A stretch of 64,000 nucleotides of DNA, taken from positions 178,231 to 242,230 of the forward strand of contig JBKBRF010000003.1 in NCBI GenBank assembly GCA_046292385.1, written 5' to 3'. How positions within the stretch are numbered: position 1 is the stretch's first letter; each line of letters begins with the position of its first letter. The notes below the pieces were generated by a model, which saw nothing but the letters and a program-made list of their open reading frames with translations, ran no database searches and was not told where the DNA came from. The position numbers and the translations under genes were made by a program. Source of the stretch: Armatimonadota bacterium. Lineage in GTDB: Bacteria > Armatimonadota > SYMT01. Positions 29,705 through 40,072 of this stretch are shown here, piece after piece.

Positions 29705-30265
29705 TTAGCAGCGCCTTCGGAAGGTGGAGCGAAGGGTGTCTACGAAGGAGAGCGCCAGGTTCGCGGCGTCGAGCCAGCGGTTGATCTGGGTCTCCGCCCG
29801 CTGGTTCTGGGTGCGGCAGAGGCGCCACTCCGTGAACTCCGGCGTGCGGTGCCTGCGGTGGAAGGCGTCCAGCCGCTCGATGATGATGTGCGGGTACTTG
29901 GTGGAGAAATGCTGCGTCTCCAGCAGGTGGTCTCCCGCCTCACGCTGGAAAACGGGCCCGCCCGGCGAGATGTCGCGGACGAACGCGATGGTCGAGACGA
30001 GGATCCGCTCCACCATGGGGCGACGCAGCCCGCGCCGGTCGACTCCTGCCGGCGCGGGAAGCACCTCCACCTGCTCCGCCCGGCCCGACGCGGCGTGGTG
30101 GCGGCGGAGCAGCACGATGCGATGGCGCCGGCCCTGCAGCAGCTCCTCCAACGCCGCCTGGACGCTGGCGCTGTAGAGTCGCTCCGCCTCCGTGTACGGG
30201 GTGTCGGTGCGGACGCCCAGGAGGTCCTGGTGCTCCAGCGGAAGGTGGTCCCAATCTACCGGCAT
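29705..30265 (-). CDS. hypothetical protein
   Basis: 186-aa ORF from MPVDWDH, SD-like AAGGGG, protein-like composition. Confidence 0.6.
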   Translation of the reverse strand: MPVDWDHLPLEHQDLLGVRTDTPYTEAERLYSASVQAALEELLQGRRHRIVLLRRHHAASGRAEQVEVLPAPAGVDRRGLRRPMVERILVSTIAFVRDISPGGPVFQREAGDHLLETQHFSTKYPHIIIERLDAFHRRHRTPEFTEWRLCRTQNQRAETQINRWLDAANLALSFVDTLRSTFRRRC

Positions 30266-30460
30266 CGGCTCTGCCCCTTTCTGCGGGAGGCCAGGACGGT
30301 CCCTACCGCTAGTATTTCCCGCGCCGCCGCCGGAGAACCCGGCAGTTCGCTCGCCTTCCAAAAGGGGCGGCCGCTCCCGGCGAGACTTTAGGGTTCGCCG
30401 GGCCGGCCGCCGGGAACCCTGGTCTCAGTCGCTCTGCATGCACCGGAGCTCCCTCCGTCG

Positions 30461-30973
30461 ATGGACCCCACACCCGCTCTAGAAGTTGCTCACGTCATCC
30501 CCGGCCGTCTGCGCCTGCGCTGGAAAGGCCCCGGGGAGCCGCCGCCCGACTTGCTGACCGGCTTGCAGGAGGTCGCGGGGGTCGACGGCACGGAATACCG
30601 GGCCTCGAGCCGCAGCCTGCTGGTACGGCACCAGAACGGCCTCGACCTGGACCAGTTGTCCCGGATTGCCGAGCAGCACCAGGTAGCCCTGCATCATCCC
30701 GAGCCGCGTCCCCTGATCCCGCCGGCCACGAGAAAGCGCTCTGCCCATCCCGATGAGCGAGTCGCCGTGGTAATCGAGGGACTGGAGGTCCTGGTGCTCG
30801 TCGGCCTGATGGTCTCGTGGGTGCGAGACATGGTCGTCGCGCGCCGGATTAAAGCCAGCACCCTGCTCCTCCTCGTGCTGGGCATCGTCAACCTCTACCA
30901 GCTCTGGCAGCGTCGGCAGCTCGAACGCCGGGAAGCCGACGCGCCCGCGGAGCTGGAGCCGATCCCGCTGTAG
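30461..30973 (+). CDS. HMA2-domain membrane protein
   Basis: EVAHVIPGRLRL..SRSLLVRH plus two C-terminal TM helices. Confidence 0.78.
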   Translation: MDPTPALEVAHVIPGRLRLRWKGPGEPPPDLLTGLQEVAGVDGTEYRASSRSLLVRHQNGLDLDQLSRIAEQHQVALHHPEPRPLIPPATRKRSAHPDERVAVVIEGLEVLVLVGLMVSWVRDMVVARRIKASTLLLLVLGIVNLYQLWQRRQLERREADAPAELEPIPL

Positions 30974-30976
30974 GCG

Positions 30977-33900
30977 ATGCCGGCGTCACCGCTGCTGGAG
31001 GTCGCGCACGCCGTGCCCGGACGCGCGCGCCTGCGCTGGCGGGGGGACGGCCCTCCGCCGCCCGCCCTGCTGGACCGCCTCGCCGGGCACGAGGGGGTGA
31101 GCGGCGTCGAAGCGCGTTCGTCCGGCAGCATCGTGCTCCAGACCCGGCCGGGGCTGGTCCGCGGCGACCTGGAGCGGCTCGCCCGGGAGTGGAGCGTGGG
31201 GCCGGAGGATGAGACCCGGGAGGAGCAGCCGGTCGAGGTCGCGCACTGCGCCATTCCGGGCCGCGTGCGGCTGCAGGTGCCGGCGCTGCGGGGAAAGCCG
31301 CGGTGCGCGGAGCGGCTGCACGCCGCCCTGCTCGCGGTAGAGGGGATGCGCTCCGCCGAAGCGAGTCCACTCACCGGCAGCGTGCTGGTCCAGTTCGAGC
31401 CGGACTCCTGCTCCGTGCCGGTAGTGCGGGAGCGAATCGCGGCCTTCCTCCAGGCGGAGCCGGAGCGCGGCCCGGCGCGGCTTCCCCGCCGGGCGGCAGA
31501 CGCCCGGGCGCTGGTCGGATGGGCCGCCGCAACTCCGGCCCCGGAGGTGCTCCGGCGGCTCGGGGTGGAGAGCGCGGACGGTCTCTCCGAGGCGGAAGCG
31601 CGGAAGCGCCTGGCCCGGCGATCCGGACGGCCGGTCCGCCTCGACAACCGCCGCAGCGCCGCGCAGATCCTCAAGGAGCAGCTCGTCACCGTGCCGACCG
31701 GCCTGCTCATGCTGGCGATGGGCTTCTCCACGCTCACCGGGGCGCGGGTGGACGCGGTCGCCATCGGCACGGTGCTCGGGCTGAACGGCGCCATCGGCTA
31801 CCTGACGGAGCGGTACGCGGAGCGCTGCATCGAGGCGCTCCGCCGCCTGGGCTACCCGCAGGCGCACGTGATCCGGGCCGGGCAGCGCGGGACGGTGCCG
31901 GCCGCGGCGGTGGTGCCCGGCGACGTGGTGCGCCTCCGGGCCGGGGACATCGTGCCGGCAGAGGCCCGCATGCTGCAGGGGAGCCTGCTGGTGAACGAGG
32001 CGATGCTGACCGGCGAGGCCGAGGCGGTCGCCAAGACCCCCGAGCCCGGCAGCCGGTCGATGTCGCTCCACCGGCAGCGGAGCCTGCTCTTCCACGGGAC
32101 CGCGGTCATGGATGGGCGTGCCCGCGCGGTGGTGCTCGCCACCGGCTCCGATACGGAGCTGGGGCGCATCCAGGAGCTGGTCGGCCAGGCGGAGACGCCC
32201 CGGACGGGGCTCCAGGAGGAGCTGGACCGGCTAGGAAAGAGCCTCGGCGTCGGCGCCGGCTCCGCCTGCGCCGGCCTCTTCGGCGTGGGGCTGCTCCGCC
32301 GGCAGCCGTGGCTGGAGATGCTCCAGACGACCGCCTCGCTGGCGGTCTCGGCGGTGCCGGAAGGCCTTCCCGCCGTCGCCACCACCGGGCTCGCGGTTGG
32401 GATGCAGCGAATGCTGGGCCACAACGTGATCATCCGGCGTCTCTCGGCGGTGGAGGCGCTCGGCAGCGTCACGATCCTCTGCGTCGACAAGACCGGGACG
32501 CTCACCCTGAACCGGATGACCGCCTCTCGCTACTGGTGGGAAGGCCGGTCGTTCGAGTACGTGAACGGGGGCGAGCCCGGCAGCGGCGCCTTCTACCTGG
32601 GGCAGGAGCCGATTCCGGAGGGGCGCTACCCCGCCCTGCGCGCCATGCTCCGGGTCGGCGCGCTCTGCAACGAGGCGAAGCTGCGGCGGACCGGAGGCGG
32701 CGTGCAGATCAGCGGCAGCCCCACGGAAGGCGCGCTGCTCCTGGCGGCCCGCGCCGGAGGTCAGGAGTATGAGGAGCTGCGCCGGCGCCATCCGCTCCTG
32801 CGGCTCCACCGCCGGGCCGAGCACCACCTCCGGATGGCGAGCGTCCATCGACACCCGGACGGCGGCCTGGAGATCGCCGCCAAGGGCGCGCCGGAGGCGG
32901 TGCTGGAGCTCTGCACCCGGCGGCTGGACGAGCGCGGGGAAGCGGTCCCCCTGACGGAGGCGGACCGCCGGCGCTACCGGGCCGAGAACGAGCGGATGGC
33001 GGCGGAGGGATACCGCGTGCTCGCCTTCGCCGAAGGCCGCAAGCCGGACGAGTCGCTGGAGAACGGCCACCTGAGCGGGCTCACCTGGCTGGGACTGGTG
33101 GGGCTGGAGGACCCGACCCGCCCTGGGGTGGCCGCGGCGATCCGGAGGTGCCGGGAAGCCGGGGTGCGCACGGTCATTCTCACCGGAGACCAGCCCGGCA
33201 CGGCGCTGGCGGTCGCCCGCCGCCTGGGTCTCGCCGAGGAAGACGACGGGTGCGTCCTGGAAGCTTCCGACCTGGAAGGCATGCCGCCGGAGCGGATTGC
33301 CGCCGCGGTCGAGGGCGTCTCCGTTTTCGCGCGCGTCTCTCCGGAGCACAAGCTGCGCATCGTGCAGGCACTGCAGGGGGCCGGCCACGTCGTCGCGATG
33401 ACCGGGGACGGGGTGAACGACGGGCCGGCGCTGAAGGCGGCCGACATCGGCGTGGCGATGGGGGAGGGCAGCACCGACGTGGCCCGGGAGTTAGCGGACG
33501 TGGTGCTGACCCGCAACGACTTCGAGGCGCTCGTCGCGGCGGTGGAGCAGGGCCGCACGCTCTACCTGAACCTTCAGCGGGTCCTGCGCTTCCTGCTCGG
33601 CTCCAACCTCTCCGAGCTGGGGGTGGCGGCCGCCGCGCTGATCGCCGGGCTGCCGTTCCCGTTCCGCCCGCTGCAGCTCCTCTGGTTGAACCTGGTCACC
33701 GACGTCTTTCCCGCGCTCGCGCTGGTGCTGGAGCCGTCCGACGGCGAGGCGATGCGGCGTCCGCCGCGAAAGCCGGGCACCCCGCTCCTGGGGCGGCGGG
33801 AGTGGGTCCGCCTGGGAGTCGACGGCGGCCTGATGCTGCTCTCCACCTTCGGAGCCTACCTCTGGGCGCTGCGCCGCCACGGCCCGGGCGCCACCGCCGC

Positions 33901-34234
33901 GGCGGTAGCGCTCACCACGCTCGTCGTCGCGCAGGCGCTCTACGCGCTCGCCTGCGGCGGTACGCCGGAGAGGGCGCGGGCCGGACGGCACCTGACGCTC
34001 CTGGGGACCACCGCCGGGACGGTGGCGCTGCAGGTCGCGGTCCACCAACTCGGGCCGCTGCGCCGCCTGCTCGGCGTGGCGCCGCTCGCGCTGTCGGATT
34101 ACGCCGTGGTCCTGGCCGCCGCGGCGCCGGTCTCGCTGGCAGCGCTGGCACGGCCGGAGCGGCTCAGTCCGCGCCCTCGGCCGGCCCGGCGGACTCCGGG
34201 AGCGCCTCCTGGTCCCCGTCCGGATAGCGCGTGA
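30977..34234 (+). CDS. P2-type cation ATPase with two N-terminal HMA2 domains
   Basis: HAVPGRARL and CAIPGRVRL; TGEA, AVPEGL, DKTGTLT, KGAPE, GDGVND, LWLNLVTD. Confidence 0.9.
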   Translation: MPASPLLEVAHAVPGRARLRWRGDGPPPPALLDRLAGHEGVSGVEARSSGSIVLQTRPGLVRGDLERLAREWSVGPEDETREEQPVEVAHCAIPGRVRLQVPALRGKPRCAERLHAALLAVEGMRSAEASPLTGSVLVQFEPDSCSVPVVRERIAAFLQAEPERGPARLPRRAADARALVGWAAATPAPEVLRRLGVESADGLSEAEARKRLARRSGRPVRLDNRRSAAQILKEQLVTVPTGLLMLAMGFSTLTGARVDAVAIGTVLGLNGAIGYLTERYAERCIEALRRLGYPQAHVIRAGQRGTVPAAAVVPGDVVRLRAGDIVPAEARMLQGSLLVNEAMLTGEAEAVAKTPEPGSRSMSLHRQRSLLFHGTAVMDGRARAVVLATGSDTELGRIQELVGQAETPRTGLQEELDRLGKSLGVGAGSACAGLFGVGLLRRQPWLEMLQTTASLAVSAVPEGLPAVATTGLAVGMQRMLGHNVIIRRLSAVEALGSVTILCVDKTGTLTLNRMTASRYWWEGRSFEYVNGGEPGSGAFYLGQEPIPEGRYPALRAMLRVGALCNEAKLRRTGGGVQISGSPTEGALLLAARAGGQEYEELRRRHPLLRLHRRAEHHLRMASVHRHPDGGLEIAAKGAPEAVLELCTRRLDERGEAVPLTEADRRRYRAENERMAAEGYRVLAFAEGRKPDESLENGHLSGLTWLGLVGLEDPTRPGVAAAIRRCREAGVRTVILTGDQPGTALAVARRLGLAEEDDGCVLEASDLEGMPPERIAAAVEGVSVFARVSPEHKLRIVQALQGAGHVVAMTGDGVNDGPALKAADIGVAMGEGSTDVARELADVVLTRNDFEALVAAVEQGRTLYLNLQRVLRFLLGSNLSELGVAAAALIAGLPFPFRPLQLLWLNLVTDVFPALALVLEPSDGEAMRRPPRKPGTPLLGRREWVRLGVDGGLMLLSTFGAYLWALRRHGPGATAAAVALTTLVVAQALYALACGGTPERARAGRHLTLLGTTAGTVALQVAVHQLGPLRRLLGVAPLALSDYAVVLAAAAPVSLAALARPERLSPRPRPARRTPGAPPGPRPDSA

Positions 34235-34736
34235 TCGCCTGCAGCGAGTAGTAGAGCGCGGTGTACCAGGGGAGCGCCGGCAGGTACTGGGAAGTGGCGA
34301 TCTGGCGGATCGCGAGGAAGAGCAGTACCCAGGGCACCGTGGTCCGGAGGTCCAGCGCGCCTCCGGTCGCCCGGTAAACGGCCCGGTCCGCCTGGCGCCA
34401 CTGCCGCTTGACCCCGCGGATCATCAAGCCCCCGACCGGCACCGGAGCCCCCGCGTCGGGGGGAGCCATCGCGGTGGGCTCGTCCGTCCGGTCCACCAGC
34501 AGGCACCGCTGCGCCAGGGCGTTCCGGAACGCCTCCGGAGTCGTCTCCTCCAGCGCGTAATGGAAGACGACCGACTCCGTCGACGGCCGGACCTCGATCC
34601 GCTCCAGGCCCGGCAGGCCGGCGGCGAGCCGCTCCAGCTCCGCCGGCCGCCGCTCGTCAGCGCGGAGGCCGGGGCAGCGAGCCCGCAGGCGTCCCGGCAC
34701 CGCGTGTACCACTTCGAGGCGCAGGACGTCCGGCAT
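34164..34736 (-). CDS. HMA2-domain protein
   Basis: VVHAVPGRLR..TESVVFHY; LDLRTTVP..LPWY membrane segment. Confidence 0.8.
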   Translation of the reverse strand: MPDVLRLEVVHAVPGRLRARCPGLRADERRPAELERLAAGLPGLERIEVRPSTESVVFHYALEETTPEAFRNALAQRCLLVDRTDEPTAMAPPDAGAPVPVGGLMIRGVKRQWRQADRAVYRATGGALDLRTTVPWVLLFLAIRQIATSQYLPALPWYTALYYSLQAITRYPDGDQEALPESAGPAEGAD

Positions 34737-34850
34737 CGCCGCGAATCCCTTCTTCCACGTTCCCCACGGCTAGTGGTGTGTCCAGCTACTGCTGACGTGT
34801 GCGAGTGGGAGCAAGGGAGAGTGGGCGAGCCGCTCCCAAGCAGCTGTTCT

Positions 34851-34935
34851 CAGGTTGCAGGTTAACAGGTTGCAGGTTCCGAACCCCGCCTCCCGTGTTC
34901 CCTACCTGCAACCTGCCAACTTGCTAACCTGCAAC
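34851..34935. repeat. CAGGTT/AACCTG inverted repeat, second copy
   Basis: same unit structure as 15054-15158. Confidence 0.78.
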
Positions 34936-35021
34936 TAACGTCTCCCACTCTCCCTTGCCATACTCGCCCATCAATCTCAGCTTGACGGAGTACTTGCCGG
35001 TGGGGCCCGGCTGCGAGCGGG

Positions 35022-35474
35022 TCACGCAGCCCGCTGATGGCGCGCCTTCGAGCCGTGCTTCTCCCCCTCCGCGCCCTCGGCTGCCTCCCCCTCCGGGGTG
35101 CCGGCGGCCGGCTCCTCCGCGGGACGAGCCGCCGCTGCTTTCGCGCCCTCGGCTTCCCCTTCGGCGCGAGCGGCTTCCCCTTCGGCGCCGGCGATGTTCT
35201 CCCCCGCCGGGGCGACGGTCATCATCTCCCCTTCCGGATGGGCGTACTCCGACTTCGCCTCGGCCACCAGGTCCTGGAACTGCTCTCCGGTCTCGGCGGC
35301 CCAGACCCGGGCGCGCTCCTGGAGCGCCAGGTAGCCCTTGATCGCTCCCTTCGCCGCCGGGCGGAGGCCCCGCGCCAGGGCCGGGAAGACCACCGGTGCG
35401 AGCACCACGGTGCCGATCGCCACCCCGATCCAGCCTTTGCCTTCCAGGCGTTCGCCGATATCTTCCAGCGCCAT
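35022..35474 (-). CDS. DUF5132 domain protein
   Basis: GVAIG..LAPVVFPALARGLRPAAKGAIKG..E.GEQFQDLVAEAKSE. Confidence 0.82.
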   Translation of the reverse strand: MALEDIGERLEGKGWIGVAIGTVVLAPVVFPALARGLRPAAKGAIKGYLALQERARVWAAETGEQFQDLVAEAKSEYAHPEGEMMTVAPAGENIAGAEGEAARAEGEAEGAKAAAARPAEEPAAGTPEGEAAEGAEGEKHGSKARHQRAA

Positions 35475-35671
35475 GATCTCTCTCCTCTGCGTCGCGGCCG
35501 CCGCTCCACACGCCTGCCCCGGGTGCTTCCGGGCCATTTCCGAGCGCCGGGGGAGCCTCACTCGGGGTCGGCCCATAGGGAGCAGTGTTCCCGCAGGGGC
35601 GGCGGCGAAACGAAAAAAGGCCCGCCGGCGCGGAGAGCACCAGCAGGCCTTGAGCGAGGATGGTAAGCCAG

Positions 35672-37030
35672 CTACACCAGTTCGGAGATCACCCGGCCTT
35701 CCGGAATGATCGGCATCGGACGGCCCTGGAGGTCCGGGAACTCGGTGTGCGGGTTCACCTCCAGCACCCGCAGCATGGTGGCGAGCACGTCCGTGGCGTG
35801 GTACGGCTGCGACTGCGGGTACTCGCCCTTGCTGTCGGAGGAGCCGACCGCCTGCCCCATCCGCAGGCCGCCGCCCGCCATCGCGACCGACATCACGTCG
35901 CCCCAGTGGTCGCGGCCCGGCTTTCCGGTCTGGCCGGGGACGCCCATCGTGTTCAACCGCGGGGTGCGGCCGAACTCGCCCATCACCACCACCAGCACGT
36001 GGTCCAGCATGCCGCGCTCGTCCAGGTCCCGCACCAGGCTGCCGACGGCGCGGTCCATCGCCTGGGCGGGGCCCTTCACCACCTCGGCGATGTTGTCGTG
36101 CATGTCCCAGCCGTCCATGTTGACGGTTACGAACGCCACGCCGCGCTCCACCAGCCGCCGCGCGAGCAGGCAGTAGCGGGACCAGCGGTGGTCGCCGTAC
36201 CGCTCCGCCACCTTCTCCGGCTCGGAGTCGAGGTCGAACGCGTCGCGGACCTCCGGGCTGAGCAGCGTGTGGAGCGCGAGCTGCGTGAAGTGGTCGGTCG
36301 CATTCACGCTCGGCACGTGCTCGAACGTGCGGCGGAGGGAGTCGACCTTCTCCAGCAGGCTCTGACGCCGGGTCAGGCGGTCGCGGTCGGCCGACTGCCG
36401 GAACAGGTTCGGCGTGCCGATCCGCTTGCCGCCGGTGGTGTCATCCGCCAGGAACGGGTTGTACTGGGCGCCCAGCCAGTTGGCGCCGTGGTAGCCCGGC
36501 GCCAGGCCGACGGAGTGCAGGTTGCTGAGCCCCACGTACGGCGGCATCCCCGGGCGGTTGGCGCCCCGGGCGCGGGCGACGGCGCTGGCGATGCCGGGCG
36601 CGCGGGGAGTGGTGTCTGCCCCGGTGGCGCCCCAGCGGCCGGTGAGCATCATGTGCGCGCCGGCGAAGTGGTCGCCATTGTTGTGATAGACGGAGCGGAC
36701 GAACGCCATCCGGTGGGCCATCTTCGCCTGCTCCGGCATCAGCTCGCAGAGGCGCAAGCCGGAGACGCTCGTCTCGATCGGCTTGTAAGCGCCGCGGTAC
36801 TCCTCCGGCGCGTCCGGCTTCGGGTCGTAGGTCTCGTGCTGCGGCGGGCCGCCGTCGAGCCAGACGAGGATGCAGGCGGTCTGCTTCTTCGGCGCGGCCT
36901 GCGCGCTCCGCAGTCGCAGCAGGTCCGCCAGCGTGAGCCCGGCGAAGCCGAGGAAGCCGGCCTGCAGGAAGCTGCGGCGCGGCATTCCCGCACAGTTCAC
37001 CCCATGGTCCCGAGCGCTCAAGCGCAGCAT
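35672..37030 (-). CDS. DUF1501 domain protein
   Basis: RRSFL, WLDGGPPQHETYDPKP, LLARRLVERGV, GWDMH, MGEFGRTP, GRDHW. Confidence 0.93.
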   Translation of the reverse strand: MLRLSARDHGVNCAGMPRRSFLQAGFLGFAGLTLADLLRLRSAQAAPKKQTACILVWLDGGPPQHETYDPKPDAPEEYRGAYKPIETSVSGLRLCELMPEQAKMAHRMAFVRSVYHNNGDHFAGAHMMLTGRWGATGADTTPRAPGIASAVARARGANRPGMPPYVGLSNLHSVGLAPGYHGANWLGAQYNPFLADDTTGGKRIGTPNLFRQSADRDRLTRRQSLLEKVDSLRRTFEHVPSVNATDHFTQLALHTLLSPEVRDAFDLDSEPEKVAERYGDHRWSRYCLLARRLVERGVAFVTVNMDGWDMHDNIAEVVKGPAQAMDRAVGSLVRDLDERGMLDHVLVVVMGEFGRTPRLNTMGVPGQTGKPGRDHWGDVMSVAMAGGGLRMGQAVGSSDSKGEYPQSQPYHATDVLATMLRVLEVNPHTEFPDLQGRPMPIIPEGRVISELV

Positions 37031-37287
37031 GTCTGTTCGTTTCCTGGATGCGTTCCGGAGCGATTTCCTTAATGTGTCTCTCTGAGTGATGCGAACGCGC
37101 TAAGTTGCGCCTTTGCTCGATACTCGGTCGATCCACTGCGTGGTTTCTCTCCCATCGTCGTCCCCGCGGGTGGAGGAAGGGAAACGGGCGGGCTCCAACA
37201 ACTCCTGCGCGCCGGCCGGCGGGATCGCGGCGGCCCCGTGCCTGGCTTCCGAGCCGAGGCCGTTTCTTCCAGAGTAAAGAAAGTCCG

Positions 37288-38517
37288 ATGGCCGCTGAAG
37301 CAGTCGAGAGCCCACCCGTCCCCCAGCGTCCGCAGACGCGCCCCGGCTATTCGCTCCGGGAGCTCGTGCTCTATTTCCTCTACCTGGGAGCCGCCGGCTT
37401 CGGCGGCCCCGTGGCACTCGTCGGATACATGCACCGCGACCTCGTGGCCGCGCGCGGATGGATCACCGAAGAGGAGTACGACGAGGGCCTGGCGCTGGCG
37501 CAGCTCGCCCCGGGCCCCCTGGCGGCGCAGCTCGGAGTCTACCTCGGCTTCGTCCATTACGGCAGCCTCGGCGCCACGCTGGCCGGCATCGCGTTCGTGC
37601 TGCCGTCGTTCGCGATGGTGCTGGCGATCAGCGCCGCCTACGTCGCCTTCGGCGGCATCCCGTGGATGCAGGCGGTCTTCTACGGCGTCGGGGCGGCGGT
37701 CATCGGGATCATCGGGATCAGCGCCTATAAGCTAACGGGCCGCACGCTTAAGTCGGACTACCTTCTCTGGGCGATCTATCTCACGGCCCTGGTCACCACC
37801 GTCGTCACGGAGACGGAGAACGTGCTCCTCTTCCTCGGCGCGGGACTGCTGGCATGGCTGGTCAAGGCGCCGCCGCGCCGCAAAGTGCCTCCATCCCTCT
37901 GCTTGGGAGCGCCGCTGGCGGCACTGCTGCCCTCCGCGCCGGCGGTCGATGCCGGCCTGATGGTGCAGATGGCGCTCTTCTTCGGCAAGGCCGGGGCGTT
38001 CGTCTTCGGCAGCGGGCTGGCGATTGTCCCGTTCCTCTACGGCGGCTGTGTGCACGAGCTGAAGTGGCTCGACAACCGTCAGTTCCTGGACGCGGTGGCG
38101 GTGGCGATGATCACCCCGGGGCCGGTGGTGATTACCACCGGCTTTATCGGATACCTGGTGGCGGCGGGCCGGGCCGGCGGCTCGGCATTCGCCGGCCTCG
38201 CCGGAGCCTCGGTGGCCGCCCTGGCCACCTTCCTGCCGTGCTATCTCTTCACCATCATCCCCGCTCCGCACTTCAAGCGGTGGGGCAAGCATCCCAGCGT
38301 ACTGGCTTTCGTCAACGGCGTCACCGCGGCCGCTACCGGCGCGATCGCCGGCGCGGTCATCGTGCTGGCGAGACGCTCCCTGGTCGATCTACCTACGGTC
38401 GGGATCGCGGTGGCTACCGCCGTGGTCCTGGTGCGGTGGAAGAAGGCGCAGGAGCCGGTTATCATCCTCGCGGCGGCACTGCTCGGAATGGCGCTGCGGC
38501 TGTTCATCTCGGGTTGA
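37288..38517 (+). CDS. chrA: chromate transporter, CHR family (long chain)
   Basis: GFGGP, QLAPGP, FGSG and TPGP repeated halves. Confidence 0.9.
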   Translation: MAAEAVESPPVPQRPQTRPGYSLRELVLYFLYLGAAGFGGPVALVGYMHRDLVAARGWITEEEYDEGLALAQLAPGPLAAQLGVYLGFVHYGSLGATLAGIAFVLPSFAMVLAISAAYVAFGGIPWMQAVFYGVGAAVIGIIGISAYKLTGRTLKSDYLLWAIYLTALVTTVVTETENVLLFLGAGLLAWLVKAPPRRKVPPSLCLGAPLAALLPSAPAVDAGLMVQMALFFGKAGAFVFGSGLAIVPFLYGGCVHELKWLDNRQFLDAVAVAMITPGPVVITTGFIGYLVAAGRAGGSAFAGLAGASVAALATFLPCYLFTIIPAPHFKRWGKHPSVLAFVNGVTAAATGAIAGAVIVLARRSLVDLPTVGIAVATAVVLVRWKKAQEPVIILAAALLGMALRLFISG

Positions 38518-38552
38518 GCCCCGGCGCTTCGCCCTCGCGTACCCTATCTCCC

Positions 38553-39989
38553 ATGGCTCAATCCCTCCTACCCCTGCTTACCGTCGGCACGGCCCTGCTC
38601 CTCGGAGCCCTCGCGCCACAGGCCGAGGCCGGCCGGCCCGCGCCTCCGGCGGAGCGGCAGCGGGTGCTGGTGCTCACCGATATCTCCAACGAGCCCGACG
38701 ACGAGGAGTCGCTGGTCCGCTTCCTCGTCTATTCGAACGAGTACGACGTGGAGGGACTGGTCGCCACCACCTCCACCTGGCTGCGGGAGCGCACGCGGGA
38801 GGACCTGATCCGCCGGCAGATCGACGCCTACGCACAGGTCCGGAGCCGTCTCCTCAAGCACGCGCCCGGCTTTCCGGAGGCGGACCGGCTCCGCGCCGTC
38901 ACCGCGACCGGCCAGGGCGGTTTCGGGATGGCGGCGGTGGGCGACGGGAAGTCGACCCCGGGCTCCCGCCGGATCCTGGAGGCGGCGGACCGAGCCGACC
39001 GCCGCCCGCTCTGGATCAGCGTCTGGGGCGGCGCGAACACGCTGGCGCAGGCGCTGTGGGACGCGCGGAAGTCGCGCTCCGCGGACGAGTTGAAGCGGCT
39101 CGTCGGCAAGCTCCGGGTCTACGCGATCTCGGACCAGGACGACGCCGGCCCCTGGCTGCGCCGGGAGTTCCCGGAGCTCTTCTACATCGCCAGCCCAAGC
39201 GACACCGGGCATCAGCACTACGCCCGCGCCACCTGGACCGGCATCAGCGGCGACCTCCACTACAAGAACGGCCCCGGCCACAAGATCGCGCTGGTGCAGC
39301 CCCCGTGGCTGGAGCAGCACGTGATCCGCGGCCACGGCCCCCTGGGAGCGCTCTACCCGAAGCCGACCGTCATCATGGAGGGCGACACCCCCTCGTTCCT
39401 CGGCCTGGTGAACAACGGCCTCGGCTGGCACGTGAGCCCCTCCTATGGCGGGTGGGGCGGCCGCTACGTCTTCGACACGTTCCCGGGCGAGACCCGGCCG
39501 CACTGGACCAACACCAACGGCGCAAGCCGCGACCGGGTGACGGCCGACGACGGCAAGAGCTACCTCTCCGACCAGGCGACGATCTGGCGCTGGCGCGAGC
39601 AGTACCAGCACGACTTCGCCGCGCGGATGGACTGGTGCGTCGCGGAGGAGTACGCGGAGGCCAACCACAACCCGGTCGCGGTGCTGAACGGCGACCGGAC
39701 CAAGCGGGTGCTGGAGCTGCGCGCCCGCTCCGGAGAGACGGTGCGGCTCTCCTCCCGCGGCTCCCGCGATCCGGATGGAAACCAGCTCCGCGCCGCCTGG
39801 CTCGTCTACCCGGAGGCGGGCAGCTACCGGGGAGAGGTCCCGCTCACGCAGACGGAAGGGGAGCGGACCGCCTTCACCGCGCCGAAGGTCGAGCGTCCGG
39901 AGACGATCCACGTGATCCTGCAGCTCCAGGACGACGGCGCTCCCCGCCTCTACAGCTACCGGCGCGCGGTGGTGACGGTGCGTCCGTAA
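38553..39989 (+). CDS. DUF1593 nucleoside-hydrolase-like exported protein
   Basis: LTDISNEPDD, WGGANTLAQAL, DQDD, EGDTPSF, FAARMDW. Confidence 0.9.
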   Translation: MAQSLLPLLTVGTALLLGALAPQAEAGRPAPPAERQRVLVLTDISNEPDDEESLVRFLVYSNEYDVEGLVATTSTWLRERTREDLIRRQIDAYAQVRSRLLKHAPGFPEADRLRAVTATGQGGFGMAAVGDGKSTPGSRRILEAADRADRRPLWISVWGGANTLAQALWDARKSRSADELKRLVGKLRVYAISDQDDAGPWLRREFPELFYIASPSDTGHQHYARATWTGISGDLHYKNGPGHKIALVQPPWLEQHVIRGHGPLGALYPKPTVIMEGDTPSFLGLVNNGLGWHVSPSYGGWGGRYVFDTFPGETRPHWTNTNGASRDRVTADDGKSYLSDQATIWRWREQYQHDFAARMDWCVAEEYAEANHNPVAVLNGDRTKRVLELRARSGETVRLSSRGSRDPDGNQLRAAWLVYPEAGSYRGEVPLTQTEGERTAFTAPKVERPETIHVILQLQDDGAPRLYSYRRAVVTVRP

Positions 39990-40072
39990 CGGCGATCCGG
40001 CTTCCGGAGAAGGGATGACCCTGCCGGAGGGCAAAATTCTGGTGAGAACGATTGGAAGTAAGGAGGCCTCCC

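Noticed and set aside
37854..38552. N-terminal extension of the DUF1593 ORF
   Set aside because: Overlaps chrA out of frame; the signal peptide begins at ATG 38553
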